From the NCBI GenBank assembly GCA_013239625.1, contig MU054220.1:8715367-8779366 (forward strand): a stretch of 64,000 nt of DNA, given 5' to 3'. Of the stretch, positions 37,388 through 50,622 are shown piece after piece. Source of the stretch: Lama guanicoe (lineage: Eukaryota). The translations under genes were made by a program, and so were the position numbers. Numbering within the stretch: the first letter of the stretch is position 1; each line of letters starts with the position of its first letter. The notes under the pieces were generated by a model. That model saw only the letters and a program-made list of their open reading frames with translations, was not told where the DNA came from and searched no databases.

Positions 37388-37427
37388 TATATTAGCATAT
37401 ATAGAGCATTCTATATATGCTAATATA
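37388..37427. repeat. Perfect 18-bp inverted repeat with 4-nt spacer
   Basis: TATATTAGCATATATAGA-GCAT-TCTATATATGCTAATATA. Confidence 0.95.
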
Positions 37428-39130
37428 TATATTAGGCTATACTGAAACCTAAAGGCAAGAGAGTACAGACTACCAGAGCTACAAAGCACCTTAGAAATCA
37501 TTTATTTTTAACCTGAGTTCACTGAACTGCTTTGAGCCCAAAAAGGTGTAAGGGGGATAGAGAAGCTACTTTCAGTCTTTCAGGAAGCTTAACGGAAATC
37601 ATAAATTGGCGCGATCATAAGGCCTAACAGGATAAGTATACCCATTAGCGTCTTAGCAGGATGTTACGACTGGTTACTCCCTGGTTATCCAAAGCTCTGA
37701 ATGTGTCAACAATGACTAAAATACATTTTTAAGAGATTCAAATGAAGAAAACGACAACAAACTGTTTCCTAATCGACGTAACGTGACAGCTGTATCTTTC
37801 AAATCAAAAGCACAATAATGAAGAAGAGATTGAACAATGTTGGCAACCGTTCATCTGCTTAAACCGCACCCTCCTTCCGCCTTGTTTTCCCCGCCATGTG
37901 ACAGATCAGAAATCTCAGACTAGGAGTCTTTTGTCAACTTACCCGATGTAACAGATTCACTATTTTTATTAATTTATTATTTATTAATGTCAATATTTAT
38001 TCTACAATACAATATAGGATATATGTACACATTTGAGTTGTGAAAATATAGTTTTCAGAAATAATACAAATTCTCATATTGTTACATGGTTTTATCTGTT
38101 CTCTCTCCATTAATTAAACATTTTGTTCTATGATACATGTCTTCTCTATTTTAAACAAAAGTCAAACATACTAACGAAAAAAACACAGACACACATTCCT
38201 GTGAATGGATGATGAAATGGATAAATGAGAAACTGGTGAGAAAGATACAAGTAAACATGAAAAAATAACTCATCAACTGAACACGCACATATGTGTGTAT
38301 ATATACTGAAGTATATACATATATATACACATGTATACGGCTATAGAGCTACATGGCTTACACAGATATCTGTTGTTCATTGCAGTAGAACGTATTGTTT
38401 GATGCTGGATTTATGACAGTAATTAGCTTCAGGCTGTGCTGTTTTATATAGATATTTTATATAATATTTCTCTCTAACTTACTCATAGATCATATTTCTC
38501 CATTTGCTTTGTTTTACACGTCTTTATTAAAGTTTTTACATTTTAACATTGTCTGTAAATGTAAAAACATGTTGGAATACTTATACTGTTTTTCTATTAT
38601 TGCATTTAATTCTCCTGAGAAAAACACTTTTTTTTCCTGCAATTTACATTCATCGTGTACTTACTCAATCACTGTTTTTCCTAAAGCGGAAGTCAATATC
38701 AACTTTTACTAGCAAAACACTTAACGTATGTGTTTACTAGGGGTTTTGAAAAGACTAAAGGGGGTTGGCTACTTTCACATTTTATGGCACAGATCGATGG
38801 TTCCTTAACGGTACTTCCACCAAGAAGTAAAGAACATGCCTAGAATGGCCAGCAAGTACATTGTCCTTGTTTACACGTTTCTATATGTTTTGCAAACAAG
38901 CAACTGCTTTTGTATCTTGTTCACAAACTGTTTAGAATAAAAATATGGAAGACTTCAGACTGGCCTTTTCTTAAGTGTCCAGGTCCTCTGTGAATCTGTT
39001 GGAGTTCTGTTTCTCACTACCTCCTTATCAAGAGTAGCCTTTTCCTACAGAGTAGGACCAGGTGGCCTTACGTGATCCTAGTCAAATCTGTATGACATCC
39101 TATTGGTTTATCCATTAAAAAAAAATTGAG

Positions 39131-39204
39131 TCTTTACTAAATGCTCAAGCAGAAAATTGACAAAACACCCAATCTTTACTAAAAGTTTAAGCAGAAAATG
39201 TACA
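39131..39204 (+). repeat. Imperfect 42-bp-period tandem duplication
   Basis: TCTTTACTAAATGCTCAAGCAGAAAATTGACA vs TCTTTACTAAAAGTTTAAGCAGAAAATGTACA. Confidence 0.8.
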
Positions 39205-40444
39205 GGGAGATCGGTTTCCAGCCTGGTTAGTCATATGTTCATTTCACCCATGTGAAATGCAGAAGCCACAGTCCTCTGTCTCGACATTAAATAGATGGGT
39301 TTCCAAAACTAGAGGTATTATGGCACTGAGGAAGAAAAGGATCTGGGAGGGGCAGACACAGACCCACGTGCTAAGTTGTAAATCACTCAGCACAGATTTA
39401 GGCACAGTTTTGTGTCTCGGTGAGTCATATGCCTATTGAAATCATTTGCTATACAGTTTATGTATATTTGCTATATAGTTAATGGTATATAGTTTACATA
39501 CCACTTAGTTAACCAGGGTTCTATGAAGCTCTTTTTCAAACAAAAAACATATCTAATTTGGACTTGCCAAATTTTAAATCATTTTTATTTATTAAATAAA
39601 TAATTACTTTAGCTACAAAATACGTAAAGATATAAGCAAGTAAAATTATACATTCAACAAAATTAAATTACAATCATTGAAGTGTTTGTAAAAGGGCTTA
39701 TTCTTGTAAAATTATCATGCCAAATATTCAAAGGTTAGTTTTTCTTCCTCAACAATTTTTATAATTTTTAAAAAATTTAAATATTATCTTTCAGATAAAT
39801 TTTTATTAAAGGTAACAAAAGAATTCCTAATAGTAAGAGCTACTTATCATTGTATAATTTTAAATAGTGCTTAGGACCACTCTTATCCTTAGTCATTTTT
39901 CTCTGGTGTTCACAGTTTGTCTGTGCTGATACATTTTTGATACAAATTATTTCATATTCAGGACCTAGATTCATAACTGTTAAAACATCTTTCTACACTT
40001 CAGCTGTCTGTGGGTTTTGTGATGAAGCCACTGGGTCACACAGAATATCAGTTCCCTCATCTTATAAAAACAGGAATGCTTGACATAATTTGGTATTTCA
40101 GGCACTTTCCAGATTAATAATTTGTTCAGCATTATTACAAGAGCTGCTCTATTTAGCAGGCACATATTGTGAAAAACAATTTTGTCCCTGAAGGAGAAGC
40201 TCAGCTTTCCTCAGTTGATAATGTATTACAAAGGTTATTAGTAAGAATGTGTGTATATTTTAAATTATATAGGAGCACAATCATGTCCCTGTACAAAGTT
40301 CTGTACACAGGACTTTGGCACAATATCTTTTTATACCAATATACTTTTGCACAATATCTGTCAACAAATGGATTCCATATTAGCATATGATGATATAGTG
40401 ATATGGAGATAGCTACATAACTTCAAATTTAAAATGCCTTCACA

Positions 40445-40583
40445 GGCAGAAGGTACAGCTCTGTGGTAGAGTGCATGCATGAGGTCCTGGGTTCAATCCC
40501 CAGTGCCTCTGTTAAAAAAATAAATTAGCCTGAAATACGTACCCCCATCTAAAAATAAATTTTTAAAAATCGAAATTATTTTT
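40445..40583 (+). mobile_element. tRNA-derived SINE, camelid Vic-1 type, with a small internal deletion
   Basis: CAGCTCTGTGGTAGAG...GAGGTCCTGGGTTCAATCCCCAGT; perfect 14-bp TSD AAAATGCCTTCACA (40431-40444 / 40584-40597) at a TT/AAAA L1-endonuclease site. Confidence 0.9.
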
Positions 40584-41149
40584 AAAATGCCTTCACATTT
40601 GTATAAGTAAAGCTGGTCCAAAAATCCCATTAAATTAATAATTATATTTCAGAAAAAAAAAACTCTAAACAAATGTTTTTGGCCAAATCTATGCTTTAAG
40701 GGCAGATTTTTGGCTACAGAGAAAAGCCATGGAAACAAAACTGACACCTTGACCTTGCTGCTACTAATGAAGAAACATGGTCTATGACTCATGGGATCCT
40801 AGATTATAGGTGGTAATGAAGGTCACTTGATGGCAGCCCATAAAATCGATAAACAACAGGGATCTCAAAGAACAAGGGTATTGTTACATTGCTGGTCGTG
40901 CAGACAAAGTCTGTTAGAAGTGAATTGGATGGTTCTGGTTCCTGATCATTGTTTCACAGGGAGAAAAAGCCGTCCTGCCCCAGAAATACGCCAAACTTAC
41001 AAGGTCTAATCTCGCCCTAGTTCAGGCTTCCTAAATAAATGAACCTGAAGAATTTACTTCAAGTTTGACGCTCTAGCAAAGTTCAGAAAGAATCCGTCCT
41101 CCTTATTAACAAATTGTATTTTGATAAACCAGGTTTTTAATTATTACGG

Positions 41150-41545
41150 TGCTAGAAATAGGTATCTATGAATGGGACAAAATCTCTACTTGCAAAAGAG
41201 TATGCTTTCCAGGAACTGATAATTACAATGAAATATTTCTGGCCCATAAAGTAAAGGACACTCCTTGAACAGATCATGGTCTCTAAATAGCATTTCCCAT
41301 TAAAAAATCGAAGGGCTCCTGGAAGAAACAGCTCATTTTGACTGTGGGGTAGGATAAAGCGGGATATGTACAAGCCCAGCCCTGTAATATCAGACAACAA
41401 GGACTTTTCAAAGACAATAATGGTCAAATCAGGACGTTTCGGGTAAACTTACAGAAGCTACCATGGGGAAGACAATTTCCTACAGCTATGGCAATTTGAA
41501 TATCAATAAAAATAATAATTGCGATGGATTCATACAAATCACTGT
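41150..41545 (+). mobile_element. L1MC-type 3'UTR fragment
   Basis: CATTTCCCATTAAAAAATCGAAGGGCTCCTGGAAGAAACAGCT...TCAAAGAC...CAATTTGAATATCAATAAAAATAATAATTGCGATGGATT. Confidence 0.7.
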
Positions 41546-43006
41546 AACATATACAGAACCCAGTTTAAATCACGGTATCAGTGCAGTCTGATCTGAATTG
41601 ACTTATGAGTAGATTCGCACTTATTATCCAAATTGCGTGTTATTCAGCATCACTAAAAGCAAGTTTTGGCCTTTCTGTATGAATGTCCTCAAAGCAGTTT
41701 TAGAATCTCAGTTTTTTTTTTTTTTACGTTTTTTATGAGTAACCACTGTGCCCGATATATTTTGCCTCTAAACTATTTATTTTTACCATCCTGCTTGTTG
41801 GTGGGTGGGGCCTCTCTCTGAGATCAGTACTCTTACCGGAGGATGAGACAAAGAATAGAGAGAATAAGTCAAAATCTGTCATTTTAAAGTTTTCTCACTC
41901 TTAAAGAAAATACACTCGGAGTCTAATCTAAGGAATCAGAGCTAAACAAATTAATAAAATAATAAAAGCCAACCTTGAAACACCAATATATAGACAAATA
42001 TTCATGATTGTAATAAAAAGAATTAACCTGAGGAAATAAATATGCCAATGTCTTTCCCAAATTGCTGTGACTGCCAGTGTATTTTCAATCATTCCTACAG
42101 CAGTTCATATTTTATCTGAAGTCTTTGCTCATGACATACCTTAGGAAAATAAAAGCTCCTCAAAAAGGAAATGAAATTATACTGAAATGCTGCTAGAGAA
42201 AAGGCTTTTAAAAGTACCAAAATGTAATCACATTTGACTAAGTCTTTATGAAATCTAAAAGTAGATACTTCAAAGAGAACATACATTTGAGAGAAAAACT
42301 TATCAAAATCTCCAAATGTCTTTTCATCCTACCATTTGTCAACAGATTTGGATTGTCAAAAATATCCCCAAACTTTAAATAAATTAAGTAAAATGGATTT
42401 GTCCTTGTCCCTTTGTTGGGTACTAGTGACTGTCATTGCCAATTTAGTTCCCTTCCTTTTCACCCTCAATTAAACCATTAATCCTGTTTTTTGTTATACT
42501 TCCTAAATTTTCTCTGAGGAGGAAGCCCTTCTTCATACACTACACACGGCCTGCTGATTTCCTATCAGGATACAGAAGTATAGCAACAAATGACCAGTGA
42601 CGGGGTGCCACACACACCCTCTGCCAAAGTGGCGCACTGGGAAAGACAAAGACAGTCCACAAGCCAGGACAATCCTACCTGGTTCTGTGAATTTTGTTTG
42701 CTAGTCCAGTTTATTAGTTCCAACTCCCACTTGCAATCTTGGTCTACCCACTGCCTCAGCGAAAACAGGCAGCTTTGATATTTGGCTATTGAAGCATTAT
42801 CAGATTTGCCAAAGGCCTAAAGTTCTTGCAAGCCAGAGGCTGAGCAGGAGAATGGAGCCAGTTCAGAGGAATGGAAGCTGAGAAATCTTGGTGTCGCCAT
42901 TTGGGTTCATAAGTCAAGCTGTGTTTGAGGCCAGAAGCCCCGAGTACCTTAGAGATTACAGTCTGAGTGACATCACATTCTTCTCTTGTTGTTGGGACTG
43001 TGAGGG

Positions 43007-43190
43007 TTTGATGAATTGAATTGTGTCCACCCCCCAAATTCATAGGTTGAAGTCTTAACCCCTAGTAACTCAGAATGTGATTTTTTTTTTGTAATTAAAA
43101 AAAAATATATAGTCAATTTACAATGTTGTATTAGTTTATGGTGTACAGCATAGTGATTCAGTTATACACACATGCCGTGTATCTATCTAC

Positions 43191-43229
<39 letters not shown>

Positions 43230-43688
43230 CTTTTTCATTATAGGTTATTACAAGATACTGAACATAGTTCCCTGTGCTATACAGTAGGACCTTATTGTTT
43301 ATCTATTTCATATATAGTGGTTAATATCTGAAAACTCCGGCTATCAGAATGTGACTTTATTTGTAGTAAGGCTTTTGCAGGGATAATCAGGTTGAGAGGA
43401 GATCATCAGCATGGGCACTAATGCAATATGACTGGGGCCCTCATAAGAAGAGAACATTTTGTAAACAGACACCATAGACGGAAGATGACATAGACATAGG
43501 GAGAACCCAGCCATCTACGAATCAAAGCAAGAGACCTGGAACAGATATCTTCCTCACAGTCCTCAGAAGCAGCCAACCCTGCCAACACCTTGATTTTGGA
43601 TTTCTAACTTCCAGAACTGTGAGACAATACATTTCTTAGTTCAAGCCTCCGAATTTGTGGAATTTTGCTACAACAGACTTAGAATACA
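43007..43688 (+). mobile_element. MaLR LTR (MLT1B-like) interrupted by an L1
   Basis: TTGAATTGTGTCC...CAAATTCATAGGTTGAAGTCTTAACCC...CCCTGCCAACACCTTGATTTTGGATTTCT...CCAGAACTGTGAGACAAT. Confidence 0.85.
43081..43343 (-). mobile_element. 5'-truncated L1 3' end containing a (TATC)n microsatellite
   Basis: Poly-T, GGTGTACAGCATAGTGATTCAG...ATAGTTCCCTGTGCTATACAGTAGG; perfect 11-bp TSD TCAGAATGTGA (43070-43080 / 43344-43354). Confidence 0.9.
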
Positions 43689-45134
43689 AAGCGAAAATGT
43701 GGAAAATCTCTCATCGACAGGTGTCACACCCTCAAATTAAGCACAAGGTATTTTTATGCAGAGGAGTCGAAATCAAGCATTAACAAACGATGCAGGCCTC
43801 CATCACCACTACAGAGCCCTGAAGACAGCACAGTCTCCTTCTTTCAATATGTTGTATTTACGAGTATATCCTTCAGAAAGGAAGCCAATCAATTATTTCG
43901 TTTACATAGGCATTTGAGATTGGACTTTCTGTCAATGAACAAAACGTTCTGACTGAGATACACAAGTTCTGAACGTGGTACTTCTGAAATCACTTTGACC
44001 TTCCAACTGTCTAGATTTTCTTTGTTTAGGGCAGCATAAAATAAATCAACATATTTCATGACCTAAGTAGGAGACACTTTATGAAAGTGTTTCTCTCTCG
44101 CTGTGATCACAAGAAAAATCCAAAGCAATGAAGGAAAGGCGCAATTTGGACAGTACAGATCTTGGCATCATCACACACAGTTGTGTCCTTAGCTGTCAAT
44201 AACTCAGTGTGTCCCACGTCTCCCTTGACAGTCAAACCTGGTCGTTCCCTTGGCTAGAACCTTTATGGAGTGTGAGCACTTCGTGTCTGCCTGCTGAGAC
44301 TTTCAACCCTCCACCTAAGGAGATAAAGTTCTAATCTCAACCCTTTGCTTAAATCCACTGCAGAGCAAAATCACTGCTGACTCTGGTGATAAATCACTAT
44401 ATTACAACCATCAGGGCATTTCATTTATGCCTAAAATCAATTGAGGACTTGCTGATGCCAAAAAGTAATATATCGTCAGTTAAAAAAAAATAACCCTGGA
44501 TATTACACTTCAGTGCAAGGTGGACTGCCAGCCGCCTTGATGACCAAACAACAATTTATAGTTTATAAAAATCCAAACAGACAAACTGCAAGAAAAATGC
44601 ACTTTGACTTTAACATCGCCATTTGTGGGATTTCGCTGGAGTTAAAAAACAAATGGCTTTGCGGAAAAAGGGAGGACTAGATGGTGGTGCTGAGGTTTGT
44701 TATAGAAGGAAGTGTGTTTGTTGGGGGTGGGGGAGGAAGGGGTATAATTTTTTGACTAAAGATTTTTAGTTAGAAAATAATGTTTTACTAATATTACCAA
44801 GTTATAGCTTATTAACTGATCATATATTCATTAATCAAATATCAGCACACTGAATACCACAAAGGAAGATGCACTTACTACTTCCAGAGGCTGTATGTTA
44901 GTAGATGCTGAAGTCCCTCAACTCCAGGTATCCTGGGAGGCTGTGGTAACTGGTAGAACATTGGAAGCATACTATGTGCTGTTGGCTAGAGAGATATTTG
45001 TCCAAAGGATGAAGGAAAGTTCTAGTTTCTGCCAGGATGTATATATAGAGTAGTAATCTTTTCCATCACAATTAAGACCAGAATTAGTGCAAAGAAGTGA
45101 TTTAAATAATAAAAAGAGAGATTTATAGTAACCA

Positions 45135-45385
45135 TGATGAAGAAGGCACCTGGCATTTAAATGCTTATTTTGTGGCTGGTGTCGTAGAAGGCAGATTATA
45201 TTTTTATATTTCATCCTCCCTACCTTATGGAGAGAGATATTATTAAAACCACTTTTATTAATTGAGAAAAAATAAGGTTTGTAGTTGAAGAATCTGCCTA
45301 AGGTCACACAGCTATTAAGAGGAAAGCTGCTCTTTGAACCTGGGTCTCCTTTACTGAAAACGCTGCTCTTAACTTCTCTGATTTA
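45135..45385 (-). mobile_element. MIR SINE
   Basis: TGCCTAAGGTCACACAGCTA...TTTGAACCTGGGTCT...GCTCTTAAC. Confidence 0.7.
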
Positions 45386-45649
45386 GGAGAGCGCATAAAA
45401 AGGAAAAGAATGGATAGCGACTGCCAGTGAACAAAGCCAGCAAATGACCCTTCTGCCCATTAACAGTGGAACTGCCACTAACAATGGAAATGCTTTTCCT
45501 GTATAATGTTGTGATGTGTAAAAAGCTGGGACGTTTTTTGCAGCCAGACAGACATGCTTGGAATCATACTTACCATGTATGTGACTTTGGGCAAGTTACT
45601 TAAGTACTTTGAGCTCATGGATTTATTCTGAAAATATTTATTATGCAAT

Positions 45650-47000
45650 ATAACAATTTAATTTTATTTAAATATTTATTACCCACAAGCACAAAATACT
45701 ATGGTAATCAAGACACATGTCTCCTGGCATTGGAAGCTAATACAACTGGGCAGGCGAGGGGAAAAACGAATGAATTAGTTCATTTCAAATTGTGTTAAGT
45801 GCTATAAAATTATCATTATTACTACTACTGTAAATAGGTAAGTAGTGAGTAAGAGAGGAAAAAGCTCATTTTAAATAGGGCAGCCAGGAAATGCCTTGCA
45901 ATAGCACTGATAGTTGCTTGAGATCTGAATAATGAGAAGAAGCCAGCCAGATGATAATCCTAAGGAAATACATTACATAGACAGACTAAGAAAAATAAAA
46001 ATCATAAGGTGGTATTAACCTTGGCACATTTGGGAAAGGTTATGAAAGTCAATGTTACCAGAGTAGAGTGAAGCCGAGGTTAAGTCAGAAAGGATATTTG
46101 AGGCCCAATCACATAGGGCCTTAGACGTCATGGTATGAAATTTGGAACTTCCTAGGAGTGCTATGAGAAAGCATAAGAAGACATTAAGATAATTATGACT
46201 TGAACTAATTTTTCCTTTACTTTAGCGTCCCTCTAAGTGCTGTATGAAGAGTGGACCAAACTCAGGGAAGTATAAAATCAAGGAAAGCAATTAGGAGTCT
46301 ACTGTACTATTTTCAATGGGAGATGATGGTGCCTTGGTTCTGGGAAGTCAGTGAACTGTGATCGTAGAACTTGAAATATACTTTGGGGCAAAGCCAACAA
46401 GGATTGGGGGACAGACGGAATGTGGGTTGAAAGGCAAAGAAGAATTAAGGATTACTTGTAAGATTCTTTTAGCCAAAATAACTGTGTGGTTAGGAGAGGA
46501 AGATGTTGGAGTGGAGGGTGGGGGATATTAGCAAATACTTTTATTTTGATCAAATTATCTTTGTGAAACCCATGAGATATTCCAATGGAGATGTGAGAGA
46601 GCATGAGGATGTATTTCTGTGGAGGGCTGGGAAGAAAGTATGAGATGAGTAAGTAGGAAACATTTTTACAGTCATAGAACTGGGCAAAATAAGTAGGAAA
46701 AAATGAAGACAGAGAACAGAAGGTCAATGTTTGAGCACTGGCATAGAAACATTTAAAGTGCAGATAGAAGAGGAAAAAACAGTCAGAGGAAACCAGAAGA
46801 CAAAAGCCTGAAAGTGCAAAGAAAACTAGAAAAATGTAGTGTTATTGAAGACTGCAGAGGCAGAGAATGGACAGCTATTGAAAACAGTATGGAGAACTTA
46901 AATAAAATGAGGGCAGGAAACTGGCTACATGTCAAGAGAAATTGTTGGCGGTATCCATCAGTTGTGCCCACAATAACAACCTGAGGGACTCACGTTCAGA
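45650..47000 (-). mobile_element. Long L2 fragment
   Basis: Purine-rich; GAGATCTGAATAATGAGAAGAAGCCAGCCA, CAATTAGGAGTCTACTG...GGGAGATGATGGTGCCTTGG and GAATTAAGGATTAC are typical of antisense L2. Confidence 0.75.
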
Positions 47001-47029
47001 TTAAATGAGCTGAAATATAGAATATGACT

Positions 47030-47552
47030 ATTTTATGTATCTAATGCTACATAAGAAATTCCCCTGAAATCAGTGGCATAAAACAATCATTTATTACGCC
47101 CATGAAGCCTGTGGGTCAGAAATTCAAGAAAGGCTCAGCTGGGCAATTTTTGCTTGAGGTTTCTCATGTGGTTACATGAAGAATTCACTCAGAGTGTAGT
47201 CACCTAAAAACCTGATGAGGCTGAAGGATTCAACTCCAAGATGGATCAGTCACATTTAGAGCAGGGTGGTTTGGCAACTGGACCACAACTCTAGCTCCTT
47301 TCCATCCGGGTTTCTCTCCGAGGCTGCTTTAGTGTCTCTATGTCCTGACAGATGGCTGTGCTCAGAGTAAGTGATTTAGGAAATCAAAAGAGAAGCAGAA
47401 ACCTTAGAAGTTACACATCTTCAGTTCTGCCATCCTCTATTGGACATAAAGGTCAGTTCTAAGGCAATATAAGAAGGGGCCACACAAGTGAGTAAGTACT
47501 AAAAGGTACTTTTAGTACCTTTTGGGAGCCATCTTGGTGACTGGCTACCACA
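47030..47552 (-). mobile_element. MaLR LTR (MLT1F/H-like)
   Basis: AGTGGCATAAAACAATCATTTATTA...GTGGGTCAGAAATTCAAG...GGCTCAGCTGGGC...GGGAGCCATCTTGGTGACTGGCTACCACA. Confidence 0.8.
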
Positions 47553-47629
47553 GTAACGTTTATTTTAAATTATTAAATACATCGCCTGTTATATAGCAGA
47601 CATGCAGTAAGTATTCATGCCCAAGTTAA

Positions 47630-48321
47630 CTTGAGGTAAAGGGTATGATTCTTCAGACAACCAAGTCTGTCCAAGACTCCAGATGTTAGCCACAAGTTCA
47701 GGGACCCCTCAGGCAGCCTCACTTCCGACCACCTGACTACAAATTTGGGGGTTACCATGACCATCCTTAGGTTTGGTAATTTGTTAGAAAGATTTATAGA
47801 ACTCAGGGAAGTATTATATGTATGGTTATAGTTTTATCATAGCAAAAGGATACAAATCAGAATGGGCCAAAGGAAGAGATTTGTAAAGAAGAATCTGGAA
47901 CTGGAAGGGTTCCAAATCTGAAGCTTCTGTATCCTCTGGGAAGCATTATCCTCCAGGCATCAACATACGGCAATATGCATGTTACTGTCAACCCAAAAGG
48001 TTGAGCTTCAGTGTCTGGTTTTCATTAAGTCTTCATTATGTTGGTATGACTGGCTGAATCTTCCTTCGCCATCTGTGGAGGTCAAGCTGATTTCCTATGG
48101 TCCAAAGCCTCAACTCTCTAATCACATGGTTGGTCTTCCTGTCATGGCCAACTCCCATCTTGAGTCATCTCTGTTAGCATTCAGCTACAGTTGTGAACCA
48201 AGGAGCCCACCATGAATAATAAAGACACTCATGGCACTCAGGAAATCCCAAGGGTCCAGCGGCTGTCACCCAAGAACATAGACAAAAGCCAGATCTGGGT
48301 AAGCTAATTCTTCACTGTACA
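47630..48321 (-). mobile_element. MER21-like LTR
   Basis: CTACAAATTTGGGGGTT...GGTTTGGTAATTTGTTAGAA...GAACTCAGGGAAG...CTCTAATCACATGGTTGG...CTCAGGAAATCCCAAGGG. Confidence 0.75.
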
Positions 48322-49821
48322 GGTAGATATTTTTATTGCCTTTCCAGCTGAGTTCATAAATAGAATTACTGGAGGAAATGACTTAAGATTTCTGATTCCC
48401 TGAAATGACAGAGACTGGGATAGGAATTAAAATCTAACATCTGCTCTTTATGGTTTCTTACTGCTAATTTCTAGTTTTTAGATTTTACCCTATGTCAATA
48501 ACCATTAAACACTGATACTGAGCGGCTTCCCCAAGTCAGGAAGCCAGAATATACATGGGACCCGAGTTAGTTTCCTTGCATCTCTGTGCTTTAGTCAAGA
48601 TGACTGTCATCCCGAGTTCAATGACGTTCATGTAATTATCACCAAAGCAAATGGGGGAGATCAGAACCGGTGAACGTGGAGGTGGAGGGTAAGAACGGAA
48701 GATTACAGATCTGACATTAACACTTAACACGTTTTCTATTTTCTGACCTCTGTGACACCCACTGTTCATAGTTGATCACTGTCCTCCCCTTTCCTCGTTG
48801 TATTCCCCTCTTCATGTCAGTCAACTGTTAAATTCTTTCATCTCTGATACTAGGTACACCTCCATTATGATGCCTCTGTCATGAGACCAGGGCCTTATTT
48901 TCAGAAAACATTCACCTCATTTTAGATCTAAACAGAATTTACTGGTATAGTAAATCCATTATATATGGTGCTGGAAGAATCACAGGAAAGTGGTAAATCA
49001 CCACTTATAGCTCTTTACACCAATTTATTGTGACGGTATGGATGAGTTACTGAAAGTAAGGCAGGGAGCATGTAGGAGTCAGTAAAATGAAGGCAGCACC
49101 TTGAGTCATCTTTTTTGGTTGCCTTGTGGATTTAACATTCACATGTCACTTCTCACTCTTAATACATTCTGCAACTTCTCATCTCAGCCTCATTCATGCA
49201 TGAAACTTTTATTTAGCACCAACTACATCTTTACAAAAGAATAAGCCACATCCTACAAAAGATCATTGTGTGTACAGCATGGATCTTGGCCAAGAAAGGA
49301 CCTATGGTCTAAGTTGTGCATCTTCCTCGCTCTAGAATTTCCTCCTCTTCTCTGTATTTCTATGCTTCCTTCTAGAACCATGTGTCCTCATTCCTGTTAT
49401 TGAGCTCTCATAAACTTAGACACACTAAGTTACTAAGCAATTACTGTACTCCAGCTCCCTGGATATTTGGATTTAAAGGAGAATACAAATTTCAGACATT
49501 TGGGAGAGATAATTTTGAACAAACCCTCCCCTTGATCATTTTCGAATTACAGTAACATAGATAGTCCGCTGAAATGCAAGGCAAATTTGACCAACTGAAT
49601 CCCAAAGGCATGGAAATGACTTTGTAAACACATGTAATTAATAGTAATAATGTAGTAATAGAATTAGTCTAGTGATAGTAGTCTTCATCTTTAGCCATTC
49701 CTATGTTATCCCATGGTGAGGAGCTGGGGAGGTAGGGGAGAAGTTCTAAATTCTCAGAACTCAGTAGAAGATAATATAGAAAAATATAGAAGAAAAGAAA
49801 ATTTAATGAAATCTTCAGATT

Positions 49822-50622
49822 TCTTTTTTTTTAAATTGAAGTACAGTCAGTTTACAATGTTGTGTCAGTTTCTGGTGTACAGCATAATGTTTCAGTCATA
49901 CATATACATACATATATTCCTTTTCATATTCTTTTTCATTATAGGTTATGCAAGATATTGAATATAGTTCCCTGTGTTATACAGTAGAAACTTATTGTTT
50001 ATCTATTTTTATATAGTAGTATCTGCAAATTTTGAACTCCCAATTTATCCCCTCCCACTTCCTTTCCCCCTGGTAACCATAAGTTTGTTTTCTATGTCTG
50101 TGAGTCTGTTTCTGTTTTGTAAATAAGTTCTTTTGGGTCTTTGTTTTCCCTCAGATTCCACATATGAATGACATCATAAAGTATTTTTCTTTCTCTTTCT
50201 GTCTTACTTCACTTAGAATGACCATCTCTGGGTCTCTCCATGTTGCTGCAAATGGGATTATTTTATTCTTTTTCATGGCTGAATAGTATTCCCTTGTACA
50301 AATAAACCACAGCTTCTTTATCCAGTCATCTGTTGATGGGCATTTGGGTTGCTTTCAATAGCTTCTTGGCCATTGTAAATAGTGCTGCTGTGAACATTGG
50401 GTGCATGTATCTTCCCCAGTTTCCTCTGGATATATGCCCAGGAGTGGGATTGCAGGATTATATGGTAAGTCTTTTACTAGTCTTTTGAGGAATCTCCAAA
50501 CTGTTTTCCATAACAGCTGCAACAAACTCATTCCCACCAACAGTGTAGGAGGGTTCCCTTGTAACCATACCCTCTCCAGCATTTATCGTTTGTGGACTTT
50601 GTAATGATGGCCATTCTGACTC
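49822..50622 (-). mobile_element. ~800-bp L1 3' portion (ORF2 C-terminus remnant plus 3'UTR)
   Basis: Poly-T tail and camelid-type 3'UTR; minus-strand ORF fragments INAGEG...EPSYTVGGN...MENSLEIPQK and LPYNPAIPLLGIYP match the L1 ORF2 C-terminus, frameshifted. Confidence 0.92.
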
